DNA of 64,000 nt from a bacterium (lineage in GTDB: Bacteria; Patescibacteriota; Minisyncoccia; Phycocordibacterales; UBA2100), in NCBI GenBank assembly GCA_030647655.1, contig JAUSJH010000006.1, forward strand, positions 3,737 to 67,736, written 5' to 3'. A program made the position numbers and the translations under genes. Shown here piece after piece: positions 1 to 10,138 of the stretch (position 1 is its first letter; every line of letters begins with the position of its first letter). The notes under the pieces are model-generated. The model was not told where the DNA came from. It made no database searches and was given only the letters and a program-made list of their open reading frames with translations.

Positions 1-1235
1 TCACCCCATGAGAGTCGGTAGCCCGTGCAGGCCGAGGGGACATCGAACGATACAGAGAATGAAAGCGAGTCCGCGCCTGAAGGTGAGACGATTGGCGGGC
101 TGTATTGATACGCGGCTGGCGGAGGAGGAGGCGGAGGTGGCGCCGCCGCCCCGACGATGATGGTCTCCGTCCCTACGGTGGGCCTTCCCACGCCTGCGCC
201 ACCCTGATAGAGCGTCGCCCTGTATCCGCCCGATTGTGTGTATGAGTGTGTGACACTGTAATTGAGCCAGCCGCCGACGGTTGCCGGAAGATTGACAGAT
301 GCCATCGTGCCATCTCCGAAATCCAAGGTCGACGCACATCCACCTTGGCAGAATCCGGCGTCGTTGCTATTCACGGTACCCGAGAATGTGACGCTAAGCG
401 GGGCTGGGCCCGATGTGGGGCTTACGCTAAAAGATTCGCGTGGGAGGTTGGGAGTGAATACCGGAGGTGGGGGCGCTCCCGCACCAGAAACGGTCACGGT
501 CGCGGATGTCTGATGTCTTCCGGCCGAGAGATTTATCTGATACGTGCCGCCGTATTGATAAGTGTGCGGGTACGTTTGGTTGAGTGTCCCGCAATTGCCT
601 GCAGAAACTGGTATCTGCTGCACGGTGGTGTTGTCACCAAAATCGAGCGAGTAGATTGCGCCAGCGCAAGAGCTGACCGTATTCACCGTCGCCGTGACGC
701 TGACGGCAAGCGGTGCATTGCCCGAGATAGGCGTAACGGTGATGAAGCCGCCTACGGCTGGTACGCTAGGACCCGGTACGCCGCCATAATTCCCGGTCGT
801 GCACAAAAGCGCGATTGCGGCGGCAGTGCGCGGACCCACAACTCCATAGCCGGTGGTGGCCGGTGTCCCGGACGAAACGATGTTGTATTTGGCTTGCCAG
901 CGTTGAACTGCCTTTTCTGTGAGCCCTCCGTAGTAGCCGCTCGCAATACCTTCGGGATATATAGATGGGTCGCGTGCAAGAAATTGCTGAAGACGCAAGA
1001 CGTCATCGCCCGAGACACCGTTCTTAAGACTCCTCCCGATAAGCGGGCACGAGCTCGAGTCGTTACCTGTAGGTACGACATTTGTATTGGGATTCCCCCC
1101 AAGTTGAGCCTGAAGCGCCGCGACTTGCGCGAGCAATGCTTGCGCCTGCGCCTGTAATTCGGCCGCCGTCGCGGCATTTGCAGAAAGTGGAAGAATGAGA
1201 AGCGCCAATATCCAAAAACCCAGAGCTCTTTGCAT
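1..1235 (-). CDS. secreted coiled-coil / peptidoglycan-binding-domain protein (partial; C-terminus lies beyond window start)
   Basis: Manual translation of the minus frame from ATG at 1235: MQRALGFWILALLILPLSANA (signal peptide), LQAQAQALLAQVAALQAQL (coiled coil), then a PG_binding_1-like stretch (LxxFL...YYG...WQ...GP.T) and a polyPro stretch near 120-145. The frame is open to position 1. Paralog of 22861..24633 and 24743..25915. Not in the supplied ORF track. Confidence 0.6.
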   Translation of the reverse strand, partial: MQRALGFWILALLILPLSANAATAAELQAQAQALLAQVAALQAQLGGNPNTNVVPTGNDSSSCPLIGRSLKNGVSGDDVLRLQQFLARDPSIYPEGIASGYYGGLTEKAVQRWQAKYNIVSSGTPATTGYGVVGPRTAAAIALLCTTGNYGGVPGPSVPAVGGFITVTPISGNAPLAVSVTATVNTVSSCAGAIYSLDFGDNTTVQQIPVSAGNCGTLNQTYPHTYQYGGTYQINLSAGRHQTSATVTVSGAGAPPPPVFTPNLPRESFSVSPTSGPAPLSVTFSGTVNSNDAGFCQGGCASTLDFGDGTMASVNLPATVGGWLNYSVTHSYTQSGGYRATLYQGGAGVGRPTVGTETIIVGAAAPPPPPPPPAAYQYSPPIVSPSGADSLSFSVSFDVPSACTGYRLSWG

Positions 1236-1333
1236 GCCTACATTGTTGCATGGCTCACAAACCACGCAACTCGCGAATTCACAGCGGGATTCATCTACCT
1301 TGTCCGGAATACTTGAAATAGTTTGAATCAGAA

Positions 1334-2188
1334 TTATGTACCCGTATGGACTTCTATTTTTCTTTCACCTCCCGGCGGACCCATGAGAACGCCAACGCGA
1401 TATTTCTTCTCCTTGGGGCGCACACGGCCGTCGGCAATCGACTCACCCGGATAGTACGGCAACTGTCCAATCGCACGGAAAACATTCTCAAAGATGTCGA
1501 ACCCGAATGTGCGCTCGTTCCAGATGTACAGGTCTAGGTAGTGAATGAGAAGAAGAACCAAAACAACAGCGCTCGAAATCGCGAGGGTGACGATATCGAA
1601 GAACAGGGTGCCGGTACGAAGCCCATACAACGAAAGTATGAAGAGCGCCGCGAGTATAAGTAGTATCGCCCACTGGAATCGAGAAAGTGTCCGAGCCCCA
1701 AGAACGGTAAGCTGCTGGCGGGCGATACTGATGTCGTGCATTATCCCCCGGATGATCTGATAGACCGGTAAAAGCTCGGGCTTTACCGGAAACGACCGCA
1801 CCGTCTCAACTATCGCCTGATACTCGGACGCTGTTGCTTCTGCATATTCGATAATCTCGAAGTCGAAATTCCGCCGCAGGTAGACATCAACGAGTCCGGA
1901 AAGTTTCTCGGCCAATGGTCTATCATAGGTAAGGACATTATCGTAGAGATTAATCCATCCGGCTGTTTCTGCTGAGAGAATATTTTTTACGCTGTTGTAG
2001 TCAGTCGTCGTTACGACAATGTAAAAGCCCGCGATAATGCCAAATAGAAATGCAATGACGGTCAGTACCGTGTTGCCAAGATCGGAAGAGATGAACGGAT
2101 GCGGGACAACAAAAAGCAGGAGGACGAACGCCGCAAAAGAAACCCAAAATATCCGCTGTGTCCTCATGCATCTTTCACTATACATCAA
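1334..2188 (-). CDS. hypothetical polytopic membrane protein
   Basis: 284-aa ORF with two pairs of hydrophobic helices (FAAFVLLLFVV, IAFLFGIIAGFYIVV, WAILLILAALFILSLYG, VTLAISSAVVLVLLLI); no family recognised. Confidence 0.45.
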   Translation of the reverse strand: MMYSERCMRTQRIFWVSFAAFVLLLFVVPHPFISSDLGNTVLTVIAFLFGIIAGFYIVVTTTDYNSVKNILSAETAGWINLYDNVLTYDRPLAEKLSGLVDVYLRRNFDFEIIEYAEATASEYQAIVETVRSFPVKPELLPVYQIIRGIMHDISIARQQLTVLGARTLSRFQWAILLILAALFILSLYGLRTGTLFFDIVTLAISSAVVLVLLLIHYLDLYIWNERTFGFDIFENVFRAIGQLPYYPGESIADGRVRPKEKKYRVGVLMGPPGGERKIEVHTGT

Positions 2189-2190
2189 AG

Positions 2191-2264
2191 TCCGCCCGCT
2201 TGGACTCGAACCAAGAACCCCAGAGGTATAAGCTCTGTGCTCTAACCAATTGAGCTACGGGCGG
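2191..2264 (-). tRNA. tRNA-Ile, anticodon UAU
   Basis: Reverse complement folds as a cloverleaf: acceptor CCGCCCG/CGGGCGG, D arm GCUC-AAUUGGUUA-GAGC, anticodon stem CAGAG/CUCUG with loop CUUAUAC (U33, A37), T arm CUUGG-UUCGAGU-CCAAG, discriminator A; no encoded CCA. Confidence 0.7.
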
Positions 2265-2283
2265 TACAGGAACGATTATAATG

Positions 2284-3417
2284 CTAACGAATGACTTTCG
2301 CGACTGCCTTGGCAACGCGCTTGTCGAACATGTCGGGAACTATCCTCTCTGCAGTCGGCTTTTTCACGAGATTGGCAATCGCGCGCGCGGCTTTGATTTT
2401 CATCTCATCGGTAATTTTAGTTACGCGGTGGTCTAAGGCGCCGCGGAAAATGCCGGGAAAAGCGAGTGAGTTATTTATCTGATTCGGAAAATCAGAGCGC
2501 CCCGTGCCAACGATGAGTGCACCTCCCCTCTTTGCTTCGGGCGGCATTATTTCGGGCGTCGGATTCGCCATCGCAAATACGATAGCTTTCTTTGCCATGA
2601 GTTTAATATCCGCGGCTTTTACAAGATTCGGGCCCGATACTCCGAGCAGTACATCCGCATTTTTCAGAGCATCCTGCAATCCGCCTTTGACGCCCTTGGT
2701 ATTGAAAATCGCAAGTAGCCGCTTGTGCGGCTCGGGGCGGGCGCGATTAACGATACCTTTGCTGTCGAGCACGATGATGTTTTTTGCTCCCGCCACGTGC
2801 AGAAGCTTTGCCGTTGCAGTCCCCGCGGCTCCCGCGCCAAGTACTACAAATCGCGCGGTTGATATCTTTTTACCAACGATCTTGAGCGCGTTTATCATGC
2901 CGGCGAGTACGACCACCGCGGTGCCGGGCTGGTCATCATGCATGACGGGAATATCAAGTGCCTCGGCGACGCGACGTTCTATCTCGAAACATTTGGGCGA
3001 CGCGATGTCTTCGAGATTTATCCCACCGAACGCGGGTGCCACCCGTATGACCGTGTCAACAATTTCATCGGCATCTTGCGTGTCGAGTACGAGCGGTATC
3101 GCATCAACTCCGGCAAAGGTCTTGAAAAGTGCGCACTTTCCTTCCATCACAGGCAATGCTCCGAGTGCGCCGATGTTGCCAAGGCCCAAGACCGCCGAAC
3201 CGTCGGAGATGACGGCGACCATGCGGCCTTTCATCGTATATTCTCGGGCCTCTTTGGGATGCTTCGCCACATAAGTCGATACCGCCGCCACTCCGGGCGT
3301 GTAGACGAGCGCGAGGTCGGCGCGATTGCGCACCGGCGCAGCCGGCATGATGCGGATTTTCCCCCCGAGCTTTTTGTGTAGTGCGAGAGCTTGCTTTGCG
3401 ACGTCCTTTTTTGCCAT
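2284..3417 (-). CDS. NAD(P)-dependent malic enzyme (small type)
   Basis: Protein MAKKDVAKQALALHKKLGGKI...VYTPGVA...GLGNIGALGALPVMEGK...VVLGAGAAGTA... matches malic enzyme N-terminal and NAD-binding domains; start taken at the internal Met (MAKKD). Confidence 0.8.
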   Translation of the reverse strand: MAKKDVAKQALALHKKLGGKIRIMPAAPVRNRADLALVYTPGVAAVSTYVAKHPKEAREYTMKGRMVAVISDGSAVLGLGNIGALGALPVMEGKCALFKTFAGVDAIPLVLDTQDADEIVDTVIRVAPAFGGINLEDIASPKCFEIERRVAEALDIPVMHDDQPGTAVVVLAGMINALKIVGKKISTARFVVLGAGAAGTATAKLLHVAGAKNIIVLDSKGIVNRARPEPHKRLLAIFNTKGVKGGLQDALKNADVLLGVSGPNLVKAADIKLMAKKAIVFAMANPTPEIMPPEAKRGGALIVGTGRSDFPNQINNSLAFPGIFRGALDHRVTKITDEMKIKAARAIANLVKKPTAERIVPDMFDKRVAKAVAKVIR

Positions 3418-3440
3418 TCCCGCCAGTGTATACTTCTCGC

Positions 3441-4544
3441 ATGAGTGACACAATCACGATTAAAAAACCCTTTGATTCACACGTGCACCTGCGGCGCGGA
3501 GCGATGTTGCGGGCGGTCACGCCCATCACCGCTGAGAAATTTTATAGCGCAATCGTCATGCCTAATACCGAGCCGCCTATTGAGACGGTGGAGCAAGCAG
3601 TTGAATACAAAAAAGAAATTCTTGCCGCGCTAAAAAACCATCAAGGCGTCGCCTTGATGGTTTCCGCGTTCGAGCCGTTGATGACGTTGTATCTCACAAA
3701 GAAATTGACGCCTGCAGAAATTGAGAAAGGTGTGAGTAATGATGTTTGCAAGATATACGGAGTGAAGTCATACCCGTATGGTGCGACGACAAATTCGCAA
3801 TGGGGATTTCGAAGTATTTTGGAAGCAAAAGACGTACTCAAAAAGATGGAAGAGGTCGGCATGCCGCTTTTGCTCCACGGTGAAGTGCATCTGAATGAAA
3901 ACAACGAGGAAGAAGACCCCTATGACGGCGAGAAGTTATTTATTGCCGATGTACTCCCGCGACTTTTGGAAACATATCCCAAACTCAAAGTCTCGCTCGA
4001 ACACATGTCGACCTCTCAAGCAGTGGATTTCATGGAAAAGAATGGCAAAGACGGCCAGCTCGTCGCGACGGTGACGCCCACGCATCTCATGTATGACCGC
4101 CGGCAAGCATTTTCCGGCGGCTATCGCCCCCTCCTTCATATGAAGCCGCTTATCAAACGCCGCGAGCACAAAGAACGCGTGCGGGAGCTCGTGAAAAAAG
4201 GCCTGCCGTTCATTTCCGCTGGCACCGACAGTGCGCCGCATCCAGAATCGAAGAAGTTTTCCTCATGTTGCGTCTTCGGCGTCTTCAATTCCCCCGTCGC
4301 TGTCGAGCTCTACACGCAGGTTTTTGATGAGCTCGGGTGCCTCGACAAACTCGAGAATTTTATGTCCATGAACGGCCCGCGATTCTACGGCCTAGAGCCG
4401 AGCAGTGAAACAATAACCCTCGCCAAGAAAGATTGGCAGACGAGCGAGCCCGTCGTAACCGAAGAGGATGTGAAGGTATGGCCTATTTGTAATACGCAGC
4501 ACGGCCTCGGAAATGAGACGGTTCACTGGCAAGTGCAGGCGTAA
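3441..4544 (+). CDS. pyrC: dihydroorotase, class II (homodimeric type)
   Basis: MSDTITIKKPFDSHVHLRRGAMLRAVTP...IVMPNTEPP... aligns with E. coli PyrC (DxHxHLR, MPNL/TxPP); 367 aa from the internal Met. Confidence 0.8.
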   Translation: MSDTITIKKPFDSHVHLRRGAMLRAVTPITAEKFYSAIVMPNTEPPIETVEQAVEYKKEILAALKNHQGVALMVSAFEPLMTLYLTKKLTPAEIEKGVSNDVCKIYGVKSYPYGATTNSQWGFRSILEAKDVLKKMEEVGMPLLLHGEVHLNENNEEEDPYDGEKLFIADVLPRLLETYPKLKVSLEHMSTSQAVDFMEKNGKDGQLVATVTPTHLMYDRRQAFSGGYRPLLHMKPLIKRREHKERVRELVKKGLPFISAGTDSAPHPESKKFSSCCVFGVFNSPVAVELYTQVFDELGCLDKLENFMSMNGPRFYGLEPSSETITLAKKDWQTSEPVVTEEDVKVWPICNTQHGLGNETVHWQVQA

Positions 4545-5546
4545 TCAGGCGCGCAATTTTCTTGCAGAATCAATCTGCTGTCTCATGTGTTCTTCCGCCC
4601 GGGCGGCGGCTGCCGAGATCTTTCCGGAATCGATAGTCAGCGTTCCAACTACTTTATCGGCTCGCAGAAAAAGGTGTGGCTTGCCGCACTTTTCTAGAAG
4701 TTCATCACGCTCTTTCAGATTTTTATCACGTGAGAGCCACGCACTGCGCAATGGTCCCGGAAGTCTTCGGGAGAGAAGAGTGTCTCCGAGACGGGTCAAA
4801 CGATCTTGCGGGGTGTTTTTCGGAGAGTTGGTCAGGATCAAAATGTGAGTCGGGTCGTATCGCTTCAGAATATCTTGCAGAGCATCACGTGCCGCAGGTG
4901 AACCATCTGAATATCGCATCCCATCAATTTCGACAGGTATGGTGTACAGCGACGGAACTGCCGACGAAGCTTGTATTTTACGGATGATGTCACCTTCTTT
5001 ACCATTCAAGAGCGCGCTTTTCCCCGTCTCATACTTGACAGCGATAATGAGAAAATCAGGCCTACTATGTTTGATGTTCTCTACATTAAGCCGTTTGTTG
5101 CCTACCTCCCCTCTATAGAGCTGGCTTATAAACTCGACATCCATTCCGTATCCATCCGGAATTCGCTTCAGGCGTATGAAATCGGATGTCGTACATTCTT
5201 CTGAATATATGGTCGTTCCGAGGCGTGGGTCGCCCGAGAGTAACCACGCGCCCAAATGTGCGCCGGTAGAGTTACCGGCAATTACTTTAAATCCATTAGT
5301 CAGTCCGGCCTCGTGGATGGCCGTTATTTCACCTCCCCCGTACACGCCACTATTGCCTCCCGGGTCTATTAAAAGGGCGACGCGAATATTCGGATCTTCT
5401 CTGCCTTCGCGGACGTTTTGCGCCTGCTGTATTACCGCAGAGATAACGTCCGGATCACCCTCTGCTTCTATCCGACCGTCACGTTCTGGATCGTATGCTG
5501 TGTCCAGTCGGCTCCTCGGACGCAAGGAAAACCTATCCATGCACAA
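4545..5546 (-). CDS. patatin-like phospholipase family protein
   Basis: Gly-rich oxyanion region DPGGNSGVYGGG and GxSxG motif (AGNSTGAHLGAW); alpha/beta fold length about 330 aa. Confidence 0.55.
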   Translation of the reverse strand: MCMDRFSLRPRSRLDTAYDPERDGRIEAEGDPDVISAVIQQAQNVREGREDPNIRVALLIDPGGNSGVYGGGEITAIHEAGLTNGFKVIAGNSTGAHLGAWLLSGDPRLGTTIYSEECTTSDFIRLKRIPDGYGMDVEFISQLYRGEVGNKRLNVENIKHSRPDFLIIAVKYETGKSALLNGKEGDIIRKIQASSAVPSLYTIPVEIDGMRYSDGSPAARDALQDILKRYDPTHILILTNSPKNTPQDRLTRLGDTLLSRRLPGPLRSAWLSRDKNLKERDELLEKCGKPHLFLRADKVVGTLTIDSGKISAAAARAEEHMRQQIDSARKLRA

Positions 5547-5554
5547 ATGATACC

Positions 5555-7489
5555 CTACGCCAACGGTTGGTGTTCGATGTCCTCCTTCTTCTTCGGAGTG
5601 ATGCCGTTCGCGATGAGGATGTTCTCGAATTCCTGACGTTCGAGAGTTTCTACTTCTACGAGTTTTTGCGCGATTGCATTGAGCGCCTTACGGTGTTTTT
5701 TCATGATGGACTCGGCTTTTTTGTGCGCACCTTCGATGATGTGCTTTACCTCTGCATCTATCTGCCCCGCCACCGCTTCTGATTGCTCACTTCCCTCTAC
5801 GCCAGCCCCAAAGAGCGTGCGCCCCATCGCGGCATCAAATGCGATGGGTCCCAATTTTTCCGACATGCCGTAGCGAGCCACCATATCGCGTGCGAGCGCG
5901 GAGAGAACTTGCAGGTCGTTCGAAGCCCCCGTCGTGATGTCACCAAAGACCATCCGCTCGGCCACGTAGCCGCCCAAGGATACCGCGATGTCGTCGAGAA
6001 ATTCTTTGCGCGATTGCATTCTCTTGTCTTCAAACGGTAGCTTCAGCGTGTAGCCCGCCGCGCGACCGCGCGAGATGATGGAAATTTTGTGCACAGGGTC
6101 GGCATACGGTAGGACGGATGCGACAAGCGCGTGCCCTGCTTCGTGGTACGCAGTAATCTCTTTTTCTTTCTTGTTCAAGACGTGGCTCCGACGCTCCGGC
6201 CCGAGCATTACTTTTTCTATCGAGCGAATGAGGTCGTATTGCGTGAGCTCTTTCCTATTTTCGCGCGCTGCTAGTATCGCGCCTTCATTCATAAGGCTCG
6301 CGAGATCGGCACCGGAGAATCCCGGCGTGCGCTCCGCGATGACGACGAGATTCACGTCTGCGCCGAGCGGCTTCTTACGTGCATGTACTTTCAGAATTTC
6401 TTCGCGATCCTTGCGGTCGGGTAAATCTATCGTGACGCGCCGGTCAAATCGGCCGGGGCGCAGAAGGGCGGGGTCGAGCACGTCCGGCCTGTTGGAAGCC
6501 GCCATCACAATGACTTTTTCATTGGGCTCGAAGCCGTCCATTTCGACGAGTATCTGATTCAATGTCTGCTCGCGCTCGTCGTTGCCGCCGCCCACTCCGG
6601 TGCCGCGCACGCGCCCTACCGCGTCAATCTCGTCGATAAAGACGATTGCGGGCGCGGCTTTTTTGGCCGTCTGGAAGAGGTCACGCACGCGCGAAGCGCC
6701 TACCCCGACGAACATCTCGACGAATTCCGAGCCTGAAATGGAGAAGAACGGCACGCCTGCCTCTCCAGCAACCGCGCGTGCAAGCAGGGTCTTCCCCGTC
6801 CCCGGTGCTCCCATCAACAAGACGCCTTTGGGAATGCGCGCGCCTATCTGGATAAACTTCTTTGGATTCTTCAGGAAGTCCACAATTTCCAAGAGCTCGG
6901 ATTTCGCCTCTTTCGCGCCCGCAACGTCTTTAAACGTCACTTTCTGCACTTCATCTTCCGGATTCACGAGTCGTGCCATTGATTTGCCGAACGAGAATGC
7001 CTGCATCCCGCCGCCGCGCATCTGCCGCGAGAGGTACCAAATGACGCCAATAAGAAACATGATGGGCACCAGTATCGGAAGGAGGGTGAGCGCCCAAAAT
7101 CGTAAGCCGCCTTCGTCCTTAATCTCTATCGCCACCCCCGCCAATTTCTCCGGAGCGATCCCATAATCAGAAAGCGTCTGCACGAGCGAGCTCTCGCTTT
7201 CTTTGCGTGATGTTTTGGTAGTTTTGTCCGCATACGTTGCGGTGATGGAATCGCCAGAGACATCGAGCGACGTTATCGTGCCCGCGGTGATGTCTTGCGC
7301 TATCTGCGAGAGGGGTACAGTCTCGTCCTGTGTGGAGATGTATTGACGTATAAAAGAGTATCCAAACGAGAGCACGAGGAAGACGCCGAACGCCGCCGCG
7401 AGCTGAACCCAAATCGAAGGGCCGCCGGAGGGCTTCGGCTTCTCGCCTACCCGTGGCTTACGCGGGAGCTGTTTTTCAGGAATTGCCAT
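5555..7489 (-). CDS. ftsH: ATP-dependent zinc metalloprotease FtsH
   Basis: N-terminal TM helices, AAA Walker A GAPGTGKT, second region of homology, HEAGHALVA zinc motif; 644 aa. Confidence 0.92.
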   Translation of the reverse strand: MAIPEKQLPRKPRVGEKPKPSGGPSIWVQLAAAFGVFLVLSFGYSFIRQYISTQDETVPLSQIAQDITAGTITSLDVSGDSITATYADKTTKTSRKESESSLVQTLSDYGIAPEKLAGVAIEIKDEGGLRFWALTLLPILVPIMFLIGVIWYLSRQMRGGGMQAFSFGKSMARLVNPEDEVQKVTFKDVAGAKEAKSELLEIVDFLKNPKKFIQIGARIPKGVLLMGAPGTGKTLLARAVAGEAGVPFFSISGSEFVEMFVGVGASRVRDLFQTAKKAAPAIVFIDEIDAVGRVRGTGVGGGNDEREQTLNQILVEMDGFEPNEKVIVMAASNRPDVLDPALLRPGRFDRRVTIDLPDRKDREEILKVHARKKPLGADVNLVVIAERTPGFSGADLASLMNEGAILAARENRKELTQYDLIRSIEKVMLGPERRSHVLNKKEKEITAYHEAGHALVASVLPYADPVHKISIISRGRAAGYTLKLPFEDKRMQSRKEFLDDIAVSLGGYVAERMVFGDITTGASNDLQVLSALARDMVARYGMSEKLGPIAFDAAMGRTLFGAGVEGSEQSEAVAGQIDAEVKHIIEGAHKKAESIMKKHRKALNAIAQKLVEVETLERQEFENILIANGITPKKKEDIEHQPLA

Positions 7490-7550
7490 ATCGGGGCATT
7501 ATACATACTTGAAGCATGATTGAAAGAAATATCGTTGCTATAGTTCCTGC

Positions 7551-8396
7551 ATGAGTGACACCCACGCGCGAGGCAAGACCGCTATCGTCTTGATCGGGGG
7601 TGGCATGCGAAGTGCCTACAGCGCAGGTTTTCTTTATGCACTTGCGACGAAGCTCGGTATACAACATCCCGACATCATGATTGCGGCCTCTGGAAGCGCC
7701 GGCAGTGCGTTCTATTTCGCAGCCGGACAGTACGAATCGGGCAAACATATTTGGACGGAGCTTCTCTCAACGCCGCTCTTCCTTTCACATCCTCGAGTCT
7801 GGCGCGTTATGCAGATCGACTATCTCATCGACACGGTCTTCAAGAAACAAGACCCGCTCGATTTTAGCGCCTTCAGGCGTTCGCAAACCGAAATGATCGT
7901 TGCCGTAACGAACACAAAAACGGGAAACGCTGAATTTCTCGATGCGCGGAAGAGCTCGCAACCGCTTGAATTGTTGCGCGCAACAAAGGCACATCCTGTG
8001 CTTTATCGAAAGACGGTTGAAATCGATGGCGAACGCTACATCGACGGTGCGATGGGAATGACGCCACAGATAATCACCGACGAAGCAGTGCGCCGCGGCG
8101 CGCGCGGGATCTTATGCATCAACGAAATGACATCTCGGCGCACACTTGTCGCGCATACATTAAGGGTAGGAAGGTACGTCGCTCCATCGCATCTACGAAC
8201 GGTGTTGAAGCAGTACCCCCTCGCAACACCTGTGCCCATGGTCCCCCGCGATGTCAAACTCCTCTACATATTTCCTGGAAAACTTCCCGTAAGCAGGTTG
8301 TCGCGTAACAAGAAAGCACTATTCGATACCTTTGAGCGCGGAGCTGCGGACGCCCTTGCGCGAGAGAAGGAACTGCGTAGTCTTTTTAATGTGTGA
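7551..8396 (+). CDS. patatin-like phospholipase family protein
   Basis: IVLIGGGMRSAYSAG (GGGxR oxyanion), ASGSAG (GxSxG), DGA/DGG Asp dyad region. Confidence 0.65.
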   Translation: MSDTHARGKTAIVLIGGGMRSAYSAGFLYALATKLGIQHPDIMIAASGSAGSAFYFAAGQYESGKHIWTELLSTPLFLSHPRVWRVMQIDYLIDTVFKKQDPLDFSAFRRSQTEMIVAVTNTKTGNAEFLDARKSSQPLELLRATKAHPVLYRKTVEIDGERYIDGAMGMTPQIITDEAVRRGARGILCINEMTSRRTLVAHTLRVGRYVAPSHLRTVLKQYPLATPVPMVPRDVKLLYIFPGKLPVSRLSRNKKALFDTFERGAADALAREKELRSLFNV

Positions 8397-8516
8397 GCCT
8401 TGTCGAAAATAAGAAGGTCGGGTATGTGAAAAAAAGGCCGTAACGTTGGCGTGAGGGCTGGAGTCTGGAATAGGGCTTCGAATGAAAGAACCCGGGGTCG
8501 GTGTATAGTTGTCCGC

Positions 8517-9629
8517 ATGACACGGCTGGAGAAGAGGGCGCGCGAGATCCTAACTATTGCAGACATCACCATCAACGGTAAAGCGCCCTACGATATTCAA
8601 ATCCACGACGACGCTGTTTATCGCCGAGCTTTCGGGCAGGGCTCTGTTGGCTTGGGTGAGGCGTATATGGACGGGCAATGGGACGCGGAAGACCTCTCGG
8701 CCTTTTTCGCCCGCGTGTCACGCGCGCGACTCGACAAGAAACTCTTTAACCTCCCTACGTTGTTACATGTTATTCGCGCACGCCTCACCAATCTGCAAAG
8801 CAAATTACGCGCCTTTGAGGTCGGAGAACGGCACTACGATCTCGGCAACGACCTCTACGAAGCGATGCTTGGGAGGACGCTCGCCTACACCTGTGGATAT
8901 TGGAAAGATGCAAAAGACTTGGACGAGGCCCAGAACGCCAAACTCGACCTCATTTGCCGCAAAATCGGCCTGAAGCCCAGTCAGACTGTGCTTGATATCG
9001 GCTGTGGGTGGGGCTCCTTCCTCAAATTTGCCGCGGAGAACTATGGCATCAATGGTGTCGGTACCACCATTTCCAAAGAGCAGGCTGCGTTAGCTCGCGA
9101 ACGCTGTAAGGGTCTTCCTATAGAAATTCGGGTCGAGGATTATCGCGATACGCAGGGACAGTTCGACCACATAGTTTCTATCGGTATGTTCGAGCATGTG
9201 GGGCCGCATAACTACCGGGCCTATATGCAAAAGGTGCGAGAGTTGCTTAAGGACGATGGGCTATTTTTACTTCATACTATCGGTGCACATAACACCGTCT
9301 ACACATCCGACCGGTGGATAACAAAATACATCTTTCCGAACGGGACATTGCCTTCTGTAGCGCAAATCGGTGAGGCTATAAACCAGGTCTTTATTATGGA
9401 GGACTGGCACAACTTCGGGCTCGATTACGACAAGACGCTCATGGCGTGGTTTGAGAACTTTGACCGTGCGTGGCCGCAGCTCGAAGCAAAATACGGTAAA
9501 CGGTTTTATAGGATGTGGAAGTATTATCTGCTCTCCTGCGCAGGTATGTTCCGTTCACGATATACCCAACTCTGGCAGATAGTGCTCTCAAAAAAGGGAG
9601 TCGAGGGCGGCTACACTTCGGTACGGTAA
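8517..9629 (+). CDS. cfa: cyclopropane-fatty-acyl-phospholipid synthase family methyltransferase
   Basis: DYDLGNDLYEAMLG..., SAM motif VLDIGCGWGSF, GMFEHVG...Y signature of CFA synthases; start taken at MTRLEKRA. Confidence 0.8.
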   Translation: MTRLEKRAREILTIADITINGKAPYDIQIHDDAVYRRAFGQGSVGLGEAYMDGQWDAEDLSAFFARVSRARLDKKLFNLPTLLHVIRARLTNLQSKLRAFEVGERHYDLGNDLYEAMLGRTLAYTCGYWKDAKDLDEAQNAKLDLICRKIGLKPSQTVLDIGCGWGSFLKFAAENYGINGVGTTISKEQAALARERCKGLPIEIRVEDYRDTQGQFDHIVSIGMFEHVGPHNYRAYMQKVRELLKDDGLFLLHTIGAHNTVYTSDRWITKYIFPNGTLPSVAQIGEAINQVFIMEDWHNFGLDYDKTLMAWFENFDRAWPQLEAKYGKRFYRMWKYYLLSCAGMFRSRYTQLWQIVLSKKGVEGGYTSVR

Positions 9630-9666
9630 GCAAGGCGACCAATGTGCAAACTGGTATAGTGTTCGC

Positions 9667-10110
9667 ATGACCATCGTCGAGAATAAGCGCGTCGGATTCG
9701 ACTACACCATCCTTGAGACCATTGAGGCGGGTTTGGAATTGCTCGGATATGAAGTGAAGTCACTCCGAGCAGGACACGGCTCACTCAAGGGCTCACGCGT
9801 GGTCGCGCGCGGAGGCGAGGCGTATCTTGTGGGCGCGAGCATCCCCGCATGGCAGATATTGAATGCGCCCAAGAGCTACGACCCAGAGCGAACGCGCAGG
9901 CTTCTCCTCTCGCGCAAGCAAATCGCCCACGTTGCCTCTGCCGAAGGTGAAAAAGGGTTGACAATAGTGCCTCTCAGGGTGTACAATAAGGGCCGGAAAT
10001 TGAAGCTTGCTATCGCGATTGTCCGCGGAAAGAAAAAAGAGGACAAACGCCATAGTATCCGTGCGCGCGAGGAGAAACGCCGCATCGAACGCACTTTGAA
10101 AACTAAATAA
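9667..10110 (+). CDS. smpB: SsrA-binding protein SmpB
   Basis: Full-length similarity to SmpB (KRVGFDYTILETIEAGLELLGYEVKSLR...AHVASAEGEKGLTIVPLRVY...). Confidence 0.9.
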   Translation: MTIVENKRVGFDYTILETIEAGLELLGYEVKSLRAGHGSLKGSRVVARGGEAYLVGASIPAWQILNAPKSYDPERTRRLLLSRKQIAHVASAEGEKGLTIVPLRVYNKGRKLKLAIAIVRGKKKEDKRHSIRAREEKRRIERTLKTK

Positions 10111-10138
10111 CATCTGTGGTCAGTCAATCGCCTAAAAC

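Noticed and set aside
246-1157. 303-aa plus-strand ORF at the window start
   Set aside because: Entirely antisense to the manually recovered minus-strand PGBD gene (1..1235), which has a signal peptide, conserved domain and paralogs; the plus ORF has no recognisable features.
2504-3274. 256-aa plus-strand ORF
   Set aside because: Antisense to the malic enzyme gene; Ser/Ala/Thr-rich low-complexity product.
6075-7166. ORFs 6075..6557 (+) and 6582..7166 (+)
   Set aside because: Antisense to ftsH.
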